A stretch of 63,364 nt of DNA, the filler included. It is 3 parts of 3 records of this genome, joined end to end, with 100 filler letters (N's around TTAATTAATTAA, not from the genome) between each part and the next. Parts side by side here need not be neighbours in the genome. Positions count along the whole stretch, not along the records: positions 1 to 26,129 come from SRR22947727_1061; 2 more parts are not named here. The stretch is one strand, 5' to 3'. Positions 9,356-18,991 of this stretch are shown one piece after another; position 1 is the first letter of the stretch; each line of letters opens with the position of its first letter. The notes beneath the pieces are model-generated. The model saw only the letters and a list, made by a program, of their open reading frames with translations, was not told where the DNA came from and ran no database searches. The position numbers and the translations under genes were made by a program.

Positions 9356-10240
9356 ATGACAAATACACATATTGAGGCTTCACGAAAACTATTAGCTAAT
9401 TGCTCAATAGAAACTACGCCTAATGTGTATTCAAAATATGGAACATTTTCTGATCTAGTTGATAAGGAAAGTAACATTTATGTAACATATCTGCCTGATG
9501 AAGATATGAATAAAGTAATAGATACTGCAAAAAAACTTACTCTTGAGGGATATAGTGTCATTCCTCATCTGCCTGCAAGAACAATAAGCAATAATGACGA
9601 GTTAGAAAAATATATTAAATCTCTCTCTGAGGAGTCTGGTTGTTCAAAAATTTTAGTCATTGGAGGGGGTGGGAATCAGAAAGGCAGAATCACAAGTTCC
9701 ATTGAAATTTTAGAAACAGATCTTTTATCTAAATACAAATTTCAAGAAGTAGGTCTGGCAGGTCATCCTGAGGGAAACCCAGATATAAAACAGGTTGATC
9801 TGGATAATGCTATTGTTGAAAAAAATAAGTTTTCAAAAAAAACTGATTTTAAAATGTATTTAGCAACACAATTTTTTTTTGAAGCGAGATCTCTAAAAAA
9901 ATGGGAGATGCATCTCGATAGTTTAGATAATACCCTCGAAATTCATGCTGGTATCCCTGGGCCAGCTACATTGAAGACTCTACTTGGTTATGCTACATCA
10001 TGTGGTATTGGAAACTCAATCCGATTTCTATCAAAGCAAGCACTTAACATCACTAAATTAGCCACAACTAGAAGTCCTGATAAATTAATATATGATTTAG
10101 CTAGCTATCAAATTGAAAACCCAGAGACAAAATTTAAAAAAATACATTTTTATGCTTTTGGAGGAATAAAAAAAACTACTGATTGGTTAAAAACAGTAAA
10201 TAAGCATGATTTGTCTTATAACGGTCAGAAGTTTGAATAA
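9356..10240 (+). CDS. metF: Methylenetetrahydrofolate reductase-family protein (alphaproteobacterial C1-cluster type)
   Basis: SIETTP, PHLPAR, AGHPEG, TQFFF, GIPGPA, CGIGNS, IHFYAFGG. Confidence 0.8.
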   Translation: MTNTHIEASRKLLANCSIETTPNVYSKYGTFSDLVDKESNIYVTYLPDEDMNKVIDTAKKLTLEGYSVIPHLPARTISNNDELEKYIKSLSEESGCSKILVIGGGGNQKGRITSSIEILETDLLSKYKFQEVGLAGHPEGNPDIKQVDLDNAIVEKNKFSKKTDFKMYLATQFFFEARSLKKWEMHLDSLDNTLEIHAGIPGPATLKTLLGYATSCGIGNSIRFLSKQALNITKLATTRSPDKLIYDLASYQIENPETKFKKIHFYAFGGIKKTTDWLKTVNKHDLSYNGQKFE

Positions 10241-10342
10241 ATAATAGCAAGATATATCAACAATTTTTATTTCGTACTCTGAAATAAACATTTAGATCCA
10301 AAAAAACATCATCTATAAATCCTAGCAATTAATAGGAGTTCT

Positions 10343-12001
10343 ATGTCTGACATTGAAATAGCACGTAAGGCGACGAAAAAAAATATTTCTGAAATTGCAT
10401 CAAAATTAAATATAGATGAAAATGATTTATATCCATTTGGTCATCATACCGCAAAAATTAATTTTAATAAAATCAAAGAAAAAAAAGAAAATTCAAAATT
10501 AATTTTAGTTACGGCTATTACACCAACTCCTGCTGGAGAAGGAAAGACAACTACATCCGTTGGCTTGAGTGATGGTCTATGTAAAATTGGAAAACAAAGT
10601 ATAGTTTGTCTTCGTGAACCTAGTCTTGGTCCTAGTTTTGGAATGAAAGGAGGTGCTGCCGGAGGTGGTTATGCACAAGTAGTTCCAATGGAAAATATAA
10701 ATTTACATTTTACAGGAGATTTTCATGCAATTACATCAGCAAATAATCTTCTAGCCTCATTGATTGATAATCACATATATTGGGGAAATAAACTTCAAAT
10801 TGATGTTCGTCGTGTAAGCTGGAAAAGATGTGTTGATCTTAATGATAGGGCCTTAAGAGAAATAACTGCTAATCTCGGGGGTATTGCCAATGGATATCCT
10901 CGCACAGATGGTTTTAATATCACAGTAGCCTCAGAAGTGATGGCTATTTTTTGCTTAGCTAATGATTTGGAAGATTTAGAGAGAAGATTAGGGAATATAA
11001 CCGTTGCTTATTCTAGAGAGAAAAAACCTATTTTTGCTAAAGACTTAAATGCACACGGGCCTATGACAGTACTTTTGAAAGAAGCACTTATGCCTAACTT
11101 AGTCCAAACATTAGAAAATAATCCTGCAATAATTCATGGCGGTCCTTTCGCTAATATTGCGCACGGATGTAATAGCATTATTGCAACTAAAACGAGCATG
11201 CAACTTAGTGACTATGTTGTGACAGAAGCAGGTTTTGGAGCTGACTTAGGTGCAGAAAAATTTCTTGATATAAAATGCCGAAAAGGTGAATTAATTCCAA
11301 GTGCAATTGTATTAGTTGCTACCATTCGAGCTTTAAAAATGCATGGAGGGGTAAATAAAAAAGATTTGCAAACAGAAAATGTTGATGCTGTTATTGAGGG
11401 CACTTCTAACTTAAAACGTCATATTGAAAATTTACAAAAATTTGGTCTACCTGTAGTGGTAGCAGTAAATCATTTTGTTGCAGATACAGATAAGGAAATT
11501 GAAGCTCTTAAGAATGAATGTAAAAAACTTAATATTGATGCCATTACTTGTGAGCATTGGGCTAAAGGAGGTAATGGAACGATTGATTTAGCAAACAAAG
11601 TAGTTGAGTTAGCTGATCAGCCAAACGACTTTAAATATATTTATGAAGAAGACATCCCTCTTATTGATAAGGTTAGAAATATAGCAAAAGAAATTTATAG
11701 AGCTAATGATGTAATAGCTGATAAAAAAATTATGGATCAATTATCTCAATTTGAAGAAGCAGGATATGGGAAATTTCCTATTTGTATTGCAAAAACTCAA
11801 TATAGCTTTTCAACTGATCCTAATAATAAAGGTGCTCCAACAAATCACTCAATACCAATCAGAGAGGTTCGTTTATCAAGTGGAGCTGAATTTATTGTAG
11901 TTGTTTGTGGTGAAATCATGACTATGCCAGGATTACCAAGTGCACCTGCGGCAGATTCGATCAGGCTAAATTCTCAAGGAGAAATTGAAGGTCTCTTTTA
12001 A
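10343..12001 (+). CDS. fhs: Formate--tetrahydrofolate ligase
   Basis: [56 protein letters not shown] upstream. Confidence 0.98.
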   Translation: MSDIEIARKATKKNISEIASKLNIDENDLYPFGHHTAKINFNKIKEKKENSKLILVTAITPTPAGEGKTTTSVGLSDGLCKIGKQSIVCLREPSLGPSFGMKGGAAGGGYAQVVPMENINLHFTGDFHAITSANNLLASLIDNHIYWGNKLQIDVRRVSWKRCVDLNDRALREITANLGGIANGYPRTDGFNITVASEVMAIFCLANDLEDLERRLGNITVAYSREKKPIFAKDLNAHGPMTVLLKEALMPNLVQTLENNPAIIHGGPFANIAHGCNSIIATKTSMQLSDYVVTEAGFGADLGAEKFLDIKCRKGELIPSAIVLVATIRALKMHGGVNKKDLQTENVDAVIEGTSNLKRHIENLQKFGLPVVVAVNHFVADTDKEIEALKNECKKLNIDAITCEHWAKGGNGTIDLANKVVELADQPNDFKYIYEEDIPLIDKVRNIAKEIYRANDVIADKKIMDQLSQFEEAGYGKFPICIAKTQYSFSTDPNNKGAPTNHSIPIREVRLSSGAEFIVVVCGEIMTMPGLPSAPAADSIRLNSQGEIEGLF

Positions 12002-12031
12002 AGCTGATAAGAAGTTAATTTAAAATTTATT

Positions 12032-13294
12032 ATGATTAAAAAATCAAAAAAATATTCTGTATTTTCACTGGTAAAAAATGCAATGAGTTACCATGAGAAT
12101 TGGCAACCAGCTTGGCGTAATCCAGAAATTAAAAAAGAGTATGACGCCATCATTGTAGGTGGTGGAGGTCACGGATTAACCACAGCATATTATTTAGCTA
12201 AAAACCATGGAATTAAAAATATAGCTGTAGTTGAAAAAGGATGGATAGGTGGAGGAAATACTGGAAGAAATACAACTATTATTCGCTCAAATTATTTATG
12301 GGATCAAAGTGCAGCCATATATGATCACGCATTAAAACTTTGGGAAGGAATGTCTCAAGAACTTAATTATAATGTTATGTTTTCTCAAAGAGGAGTAATG
12401 AATGTTGCACACAACTTACATGACGTTAGAGAGTTAAAAAGAAGATGGCACGCAAATCGTTTAAATGGAATTGATTGCGAATGGCTAAATACTGAAGAAG
12501 TAAAAAAATTCTGTCCAGTAATTAATACTTCACCCAATATCCGCTATCCAGTTTTAGGCGCTACACTACAAAGACGTGCTGGCACTGCAAGACATGATGC
12601 AGTTGCATGGGGATATGCAAGAGGAGCAGATGCAATGGGTGTTGATATTATTCAAAATTGTGAGGTCACAGGAATAAACATGAGTAATGGAAACGTCACT
12701 GGTATTGAAACTTCAAAAGGTACAATAAACTCAAAAAAAGTTGGGGTTGTAGCAGCAGGTCATAGCAGTGTTATAGCTAAGATGGCAGGAATAAAACTTC
12801 CACTGGAAAGCAGACCACTTCAGGCATTAGTATCAGAGCCTGTAAAACCTGTTATTGATACAGTGGTTATGTCAAATACAATTCACGCATATGTTTCTCA
12901 ATCAGATAAAGGTGAATTAGTAATTGGAGCAGGAACAGATGGTTATAATTCCTATTCGCAAAGAGGTGGCTTTAATATCGTTGAAGATACAATAATGGCA
13001 ATTGTTGAATTATTTCCCCTCTTTTCAAGAATGAAAATGCTTCGTCATTGGGGTGGTATCGTTGATATATGCCCTGATGCAAGCCCTATAGTTAGTAAAA
13101 CTCACATCAATGGCCTGTACTTTAATTGTGGATGGGGAACTGGTGGCTTTAAAGCTACTCCAGGGTCAGGCTGGGTATTTGCTCATACTATCGCAAATGA
13201 TCAGCCTCATGCTCTCAATGCACCCTTTAGCATAAACAGATTTTCAAGTGGGGAACTCGTTGATGAGCATGGTGCAGCAGCTGTAGCTCATTAA
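12032..13294 (+). CDS. soxB: Sarcosine oxidase beta subunit
   Basis: [51 protein letters not shown]. Confidence 0.96.
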   Translation: MIKKSKKYSVFSLVKNAMSYHENWQPAWRNPEIKKEYDAIIVGGGGHGLTTAYYLAKNHGIKNIAVVEKGWIGGGNTGRNTTIIRSNYLWDQSAAIYDHALKLWEGMSQELNYNVMFSQRGVMNVAHNLHDVRELKRRWHANRLNGIDCEWLNTEEVKKFCPVINTSPNIRYPVLGATLQRRAGTARHDAVAWGYARGADAMGVDIIQNCEVTGINMSNGNVTGIETSKGTINSKKVGVVAAGHSSVIAKMAGIKLPLESRPLQALVSEPVKPVIDTVVMSNTIHAYVSQSDKGELVIGAGTDGYNSYSQRGGFNIVEDTIMAIVELFPLFSRMKMLRHWGGIVDICPDASPIVSKTHINGLYFNCGWGTGGFKATPGSGWVFAHTIANDQPHALNAPFSINRFSSGELVDEHGAAAVAH

Positions 13295-13295
13295 G

Positions 13296-13643
13296 ATGTT
13301 ACTAATTAATTGTCCTTATTGTGGTGAGAGAGAGCAAGAAGAATTTACGTGTGGTGGAGAAGCTCATATTGAAAGACCAAAAAACCCTCCTGATTTGAGT
13401 GATGATCAATGGGCTGATTATTTATTTCTTCGTCAAAACATAAAAGGATTACAATACGAAAGATGGAATCATTCTTTTGGTTGTAGACAATGGTTTAACG
13501 TCGCAAGAAATACTGCAACTGATGAAATATTAGCTGTTTACAAAATAGGTGAAAAACCCCCACAGCTAGAATCTAACGAACCAGTGACACCATCTGGTGA
13601 ACCTCGTATTGGTTCGGGAAATTTTTCAACTTCAAAAGAATAA
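13296..13643 (+). CDS. soxD: Sarcosine oxidase delta subunit
   Basis: CPYCG.R...EF..GGEAH, W.H..GCRQWFN..RNT. Confidence 0.95.
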   Translation: MLLINCPYCGEREQEEFTCGGEAHIERPKNPPDLSDDQWADYLFLRQNIKGLQYERWNHSFGCRQWFNVARNTATDEILAVYKIGEKPPQLESNEPVTPSGEPRIGSGNFSTSKE

Positions 13644-13646
13644 AAT

Positions 13647-16619
13647 ATGCGCTTACAAAATAATAAAAACCTTAATCAAACAAAAAAAATAGGTTTTACT
13701 TTTGATGGAAAAAAATATTATGGATTTGAAGGAGATACATTAGCTTCTGCTTTGCTATCTAATGGTGTTCATCTTTTTGGAAGAAGTTTTAAATATCATA
13801 GACCACGAGGGATTATTTCTGCTGGTTGTGAAGAGCCAAACGGAATTGTTCAATTAGAAATTAATGAATTTACAGAACCTAATAGAAGAGCAACGGAAAT
13901 TATTATATACGAAGGTTTAGTTGCGAAATCTCAAAATAGGTGGCCAAGTTTAAATTATGACTTAGGAGCAATTAATGATCTACTATCGCCTTTTTTCCCA
14001 GCTGGTTTTTATTACAAAACATTTATGTGGCCTCCAAAATTTTGGAAAACATATGAATATTTTATACGTCGAGCTGCAGGTTTAGGCCATGCTCCAAAAA
14101 AAGATGATCCTCATAAATATGAACATTATCACTATCATTGCGATACACTGATTGTTGGGGGTGGTGTCAGTGGTTTATATGCTGCTAAAATTGCTGCAGC
14201 TAAAAATTTAAAAGTATTACTTGTTGAGCAAGAAGATCAGGTCGGAGGAGCAATTTTATCCTCAAATGATTATGAAAATAAAATTAATACAAATAGTCAA
14301 ACTGAGTGGAAAAATACAATTTTAGATGAATTAAATAATTTACAAAATGTAAAAATTATAACAAGCACAACATTATTTGCTTACATGCACTATAATTATT
14401 TACTAGCTATTCAAGATCTTCAGCCAAATACAGGCAAAGACAAGAAAAACTCTATCAGACAGATTGTTTGGAAAATAAGAGCTAAAAAAGTAATATTAGC
14501 AACAGGCTCCATTGAGAGACCTTTAACTTTTAATAATAATGATCGACCAGGTATTATGCTAGCTAACAGTGCGAGCAAATACCTAAATGGATATGGTGTT
14601 AATCTAGGGAAAAAAATTGTTATTTTTACAAATAACGATAGTGCCTATCAAACAGCAATAGATTTTCATCATCATAATATTGATATTACTGCAGTTGTTG
14701 ATGTTAGAAATAATATTGAAGGAGATCTTCCAAAAATTGTAAAAAAACTTGGTATAAAGATTTATTCTGGTTCAATAATCTCTAATACCACGGGTAGAAG
14801 AAAAATTAAAACTGCACACATAAAAAAAATCAATAATAACAACGTAGAAGTCATAAATTGTGATTTACTTTGTATGTCAGGAGGATGGTCACCTACTGTT
14901 CACTTATTTACCCAGTCTAGAGGAAAATTAAAATTTAGAGATGAAGACTCATGTTTTGTGCCTGATCAAGCATATCAAAAAACTATATCAATAGGAGCTT
15001 GTAATGGAACCTTTGATTTAAAAAATATCCTTAAAGAAACTTACACAGCAGTTAATGACTTTCTAAGTGAAGAGAAAAAAATCTTAGATGGAGAGTTACA
15101 TGATGCAGAGAGAATAAATATTGGGAAACAAGAAAATACTTGGATTGTTAATAAAGAAAATATTTCAAAATCTAAAATGTTTGTTGATTTTCAAAATGAT
15201 GTTACTGCTAAAGATATAAAAACTGCTTTATCTGAAGGTTTTCGATCCATAGAACATGTTAAAAGATATACAACTAATGGGATGGCTACTGATCAAGGTA
15301 AAACAAGTAATGTAAATGCTCTGGGAATAATAAGCGAACTTACAGGACAAGATATTTCACATTTAGGTACTACAACTTTTCGATTACCATATACTCCCGT
15401 TACTTTTGGAGCTATGGCAGGAAGGTTCGTAAAAGAATTCTTTGATGTAGAGAGAAAAACACCAATGCATTCCTGGCATGAAGATAATAATGCATTGTTT
15501 GAAGATGTTGGACAATGGAAAAGGTCTTGGTATTATCCAAAAAAAAATGAAACAATGGATAAGGCAGTTAATAGAGAGGTTAAAGCCACAAGAGATAGTC
15601 TAGGGATATTAGATGCATCTACACTAGGTAAAATTGATTTAAAAGGACGAGATGTAAGTGAATTTTTAAATCGTATTTATACGAACGCTTGGTCAAAGTT
15701 AGCAGTTGGCAAATGTCGCTACGGCATTATGTTAGGTGATGATGGGATGGTTATTGATGATGGAGTAACAACTCGCTTAGGCGATCATCATTACTTGATG
15801 ACTACTACTACAGGAAACGCTGCAAGTGTTATGAGTAAACTTGAAGATTGGCTGCAAACAGAATGGCCTGACTTAGAGGTTTATCTTACCTCTGTGACTG
15901 AACAATTTGGCACAATAAGTTTGAATGGTCCAAACAGCAGAAAAATAGTAGAGTTACTTTTTCCTCATCAAGATTTTTCAAGCAAATCATTTCCTCATAT
16001 GAGCTTCAAAAATTTAGAAATTGATAAGGTGTCTTGCAGAGTGATGCGAATAAGTTTTACTGGAGAAATATGCTATGAAATAAATATTCCAGCAAGCTAT
16101 GCTCTTAGCTTATGGAATAAATGTATACAATTAGGCAAGGATTTTAATATTACTCCTTATGGAACAGAAGCAATGCATGTTCTTAGAGCAGAAAAAGGGT
16201 ATATTATTGTAGGTCAGGAAACCGATGGTTCTGTCACTCCAGTTGATTTAGATATGAATTGGATTGTAAGTAAAAAGAAATATGATTTTATAGGGAAAAG
16301 AGCACTAGTTAGAAGTGACACTGTAAAAGAAGATAGGAAACAATTAGTAGGCATACTAACAGTAGATCCATCAATCGTATTGGAAGAAGGATCTCAGTTA
16401 GTTGAAGTTGAAACCTCTTTACCAATGCCAATGGTTGGTCATATTACATCTAGTTATTATTCGCCAAATTTAGGTCGTTCTATAGCTCTTGCATTAGTTA
16501 AAAGCGGAGCTAAGAAAAAAGGAGTAAAACTTATAGTTCCCACAGTAAACAGTAGCGTTGAAGTTGAAATTACTAACCCTGTTTTTATAGATCCTGAAAA
16601 TGAAAGACTTATGGCATGA
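13647..16619 (+). CDS. soxA: Sarcosine oxidase alpha subunit
   Basis: GDTLASAL, RSFKYHRPRG, VDFQNDV, KRYTT.GM.TDQGK, GcvT-like C-terminal half. Confidence 0.96.
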   Translation: MRLQNNKNLNQTKKIGFTFDGKKYYGFEGDTLASALLSNGVHLFGRSFKYHRPRGIISAGCEEPNGIVQLEINEFTEPNRRATEIIIYEGLVAKSQNRWPSLNYDLGAINDLLSPFFPAGFYYKTFMWPPKFWKTYEYFIRRAAGLGHAPKKDDPHKYEHYHYHCDTLIVGGGVSGLYAAKIAAAKNLKVLLVEQEDQVGGAILSSNDYENKINTNSQTEWKNTILDELNNLQNVKIITSTTLFAYMHYNYLLAIQDLQPNTGKDKKNSIRQIVWKIRAKKVILATGSIERPLTFNNNDRPGIMLANSASKYLNGYGVNLGKKIVIFTNNDSAYQTAIDFHHHNIDITAVVDVRNNIEGDLPKIVKKLGIKIYSGSIISNTTGRRKIKTAHIKKINNNNVEVINCDLLCMSGGWSPTVHLFTQSRGKLKFRDEDSCFVPDQAYQKTISIGACNGTFDLKNILKETYTAVNDFLSEEKKILDGELHDAERINIGKQENTWIVNKENISKSKMFVDFQNDVTAKDIKTALSEGFRSIEHVKRYTTNGMATDQGKTSNVNALGIISELTGQDISHLGTTTFRLPYTPVTFGAMAGRFVKEFFDVERKTPMHSWHEDNNALFEDVGQWKRSWYYPKKNETMDKAVNREVKATRDSLGILDASTLGKIDLKGRDVSEFLNRIYTNAWSKLAVGKCRYGIMLGDDGMVIDDGVTTRLGDHHYLMTTTTGNAASVMSKLEDWLQTEWPDLEVYLTSVTEQFGTISLNGPNSRKIVELLFPHQDFSSKSFPHMSFKNLEIDKVSCRVMRISFTGEICYEINIPASYALSLWNKCIQLGKDFNITPYGTEAMHVLRAEKGYIIVGQETDGSVTPVDLDMNWIVSKKKYDFIGKRALVRSDTVKEDRKQLVGILTVDPSIVLEEGSQLVEVETSLPMPMVGHITSSYYSPNLGRSIALALVKSGAKKKGVKLIVPTVNSSVEVEITNPVFIDPENERLMA

Positions 16620-17182
16620 CATTATCTAGAAACACAGTTTTAGAAAATATAAAAACAGAAAAGAATGGTATATCAATTGAAGAACTCCCATTTGTTGGGA
16701 AAATTAATCTTCGTGGAAATACCAAAGACAGAGATTTTTTAAGTAATGCTGGATCTGTTCTAGATGTTTTGATTCCCACTGAACCAAATACAATAATTAC
16801 AAATACAGAGTTACAAATAATCTGGCTAAGCCCAAATGAATGGCTTTTGAGTTTTTTTAAAAATGAAAATTTTATTAATATATTTAATGAACTTAATACT
16901 AAATTAAACCCAGAAAAGACAAGTATTACAGATATCTCAGAGAATAAAACAATTATTAGAGTTGAGGGTGAGCAAACAATAGAATTGCTTAGAAAATTTA
17001 TGGTTCTAAATATTGATGATGCTCTAGAAGATAATTTAAAAGTTGCTCAAACAATTTTTGTTAAAATACCAATACTAATAATTCGTAACCACGTAAATCA
17101 AGAAAAACAAAGTTTTGATATCCATGTTAATAGATCACATACTACCTATGTACGAGATTTGCTATTAGACGGATGTAACTAG
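16616..17182 (+). CDS. soxG: Sarcosine oxidase gamma subunit
   Basis: INLRG, WLSPNEWL, overlaps soxA stop. Confidence 0.88.
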   Translation: MTLSRNTVLENIKTEKNGISIEELPFVGKINLRGNTKDRDFLSNAGSVLDVLIPTEPNTIITNTELQIIWLSPNEWLLSFFKNENFINIFNELNTKLNPEKTSITDISENKTIIRVEGEQTIELLRKFMVLNIDDALEDNLKVAQTIFVKIPILIIRNHVNQEKQSFDIHVNRSHTTYVRDLLLDGCN

Positions 17183-17200
17183 TATATTGGTTAACAAAAC

Positions 17201-17896
17201 TTAACCACCGTGATGAGATTTATCTTTTAATTTTTTTATTTGGTCTAAATAAGAATTTACTTCTATTTGTTTTTCAATAATTAATTGTTCGAGTTCAGTT
17301 ATTTTATTATCTAACTTTAAATTTTTAGCAAAAACAATTTTATTATCTTTTTTTAATTTTTGATTCTCTTGTTTTATATTATTTATATTATTATCACCTG
17401 ATTGTAGATTGGTATTTAGCTCATCAATATTTTTATTAAGATCTTTGATTATTATAATATTTTTATCATTTTCTAAACTTAATTTTGTAAACTTATCCTG
17501 CAAAGATTTAAGTTTATCTGATGGAACTAAATTTTGATTATTTGAGGATAGTGAATTTAGATCGTTTTTAATTCCATTTAGCTCAATAACTACATTATCA
17601 TATTTTGACTTTGTTTCTCTTAATTCAGTTTGTAAATTTTTAATTTGACCATCTCTAAATATAATCTTTTGATCTTTTTGAAACAAATTTAATTCTAATT
17701 CTTCAATGTTACTTGCAAGACTAGTTAACTCCTTTGATGGGTTTGGTATAATACTGTCATTGGGAATAATCTCACTATTATTGTTTTCAAATGTTGGAAA
17801 AATTAAAAATAAAATAACTATAAGTGAAAATATACCAAAAATTATAAATATATTTCTACGTCTTTTTCTTGCACGTGAACCAACAAATCCTGACAT
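17201..17896 (-). CDS. Hypothetical single-TM, long coiled-coil protein
   Basis: Basic N-terminus (RARKRRR), one hydrophobic segment, then roughly 170 aa of heptad-like sequence. Confidence 0.75.
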   Translation of the reverse strand: MSGFVGSRARKRRRNIFIIFGIFSLIVILFLIFPTFENNNSEIIPNDSIIPNPSKELTSLASNIEELELNLFQKDQKIIFRDGQIKNLQTELRETKSKYDNVVIELNGIKNDLNSLSSNNQNLVPSDKLKSLQDKFTKLSLENDKNIIIIKDLNKNIDELNTNLQSGDNNINNIKQENQKLKKDNKIVFAKNLKLDNKITELEQLIIEKQIEVNSYLDQIKKLKDKSHHGG

Positions 17897-17935
17897 AAAT
17901 TACAATCTATTTACTTCTTTAAGTATGTCAAAGAT

Positions 17936-18784
17936 TTATTGATTATTATACACAGGTTTAGGATCTAAGGAGTAAGTTTTCATTCTTATGTATTTTGTAA
18001 TTTCAATTAAATTACCAATTTTTTCAAAATCAGAAAAGGGTATAATTTTTCCAAAGTGAAGATTAATTGTATCACCTATTTTCCTAGTTAATTCATACAT
18101 TAATAAAGAGTACCTGAATGTTTGACCCAACTTATTAGCTATATGATATAGTTGACTATTTTGACCTTCAAAATAAGATGGTATCACAGGGCTTTTTGTT
18201 TTCACAATTAATTTTGATACAAACTGTTTCCAATCTCCATCATGAGCCTTTGTTTTTAATTTTAAATTGTCTTTAGTTGCTATTTGACCAGATGGAAAGA
18301 TTACGATTACGCCATCATTCTGAAGAACTTTCTCTGCCTCTTTCCTAGCATCAATATTAGCTAACATAGCTTCTCTGTTTGGAGTAAAGTCAATTGGGAT
18401 AATTTTATCTTTTACTGCATCGGCTTGCCTAAGGACTTTATGAGTTATCATCTTATAGTCCTGTCTTATATTTGAAATTATAGAACATAGTGATACTCCA
18501 TCAGCGACCCCAAAAGCATGATTGGCTACAATAATCAACCTTCCACTCCTAGGAATAAAACTACCATCGTTATAATTAGTTTGAATGTTAAATTTTAATT
18601 TTTTTATTGCATCATTCCAAAAATTTTCAGGTGGATTATTTTCAAGTAAGTATTGATCATACAGTTTTTTTAATTTTATTTTACCTGTTAAAAGTTCAAT
18701 TATTTTGATGAATTGTTGACTAAGTAAATTAACCTCAGCAGATGCAAAGGTAAAAGCAACTTTACTATGATACTTTACGTTCAT
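17936..18784 (-). CDS. Lysophospholipid acyltransferase (LPLAT/PlsC superfamily)
   Basis: NHAFGVAD (HX4D) and IFPSG motifs, P.YF.GQNS. Confidence 0.85.
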   Translation of the reverse strand: MNVKYHSKVAFTFASAEVNLLSQQFIKIIELLTGKIKLKKLYDQYLLENNPPENFWNDAIKKLKFNIQTNYNDGSFIPRSGRLIIVANHAFGVADGVSLCSIISNIRQDYKMITHKVLRQADAVKDKIIPIDFTPNREAMLANIDARKEAEKVLQNDGVIVIFPSGQIATKDNLKLKTKAHDGDWKQFVSKLIVKTKSPVIPSYFEGQNSQLYHIANKLGQTFRYSLLMYELTRKIGDTINLHFGKIIPFSDFEKIGNLIEITKYIRMKTYSLDPKPVYNNQ

Positions 18785-18850
18785 TATATTTGTTGGATAT
18801 TTTTATCATTTAATTATTGTTAAAGAATTAGAAAATACATATATTATTTA

Positions 18851-18891
18851 AATATGCATTAATTGCATATTAATTATCTATTTAGTATACT
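18851..18891 (+). promoter_or_regulatory. Sigma70-type promoter TTGCAT-N17-TATACT overlapped by dyad AATATGCA-N5-TGCATATT
   Basis: -35 at 18863-18868, -10 at 18886-18891, 17-nt spacer; perfect 8-bp inverted repeat at 18851-18858/18864-18871. Confidence 0.6.
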
Positions 18892-18897
18892 GTAAAT

Positions 18898-18991
18898 GCA
18901 TCAAAATAATGTTAAATACTAATTAGATTTAATATTTTTCCTCCCAATTAATATTTAAATCCTTTTGGAGCCTTCGGGCTCCTTTTTTTTT
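18898..18991 (+). ncRNA. Candidate trans-acting sRNA with anti-SD loop (suhB/alpha-r8/MmgR-like)
   Basis: Promoter upstream; stem 18926-18936/18950-18961 presents UUUCCUCCC in its loop; then a GC hairpin with UUCG loop and U9; no + strand ORF explains the terminator. Confidence 0.6.
18967..18991 (+). terminator. Rho-independent terminator GGAGCC-TTCG-GGCTCC-T9
   Basis: Perfect 6-bp GC-rich stem, UUCG tetraloop, U-tract on the + strand only. Confidence 0.8.

Noticed and set aside
17188-17207. TGGTTAA-CAAAAC-TTAACCA as a CtrA box or terminator
   Set aside because: Spacer is 6 nt rather than 7, it lies between convergent genes, and the stem is weak with no U-tract.
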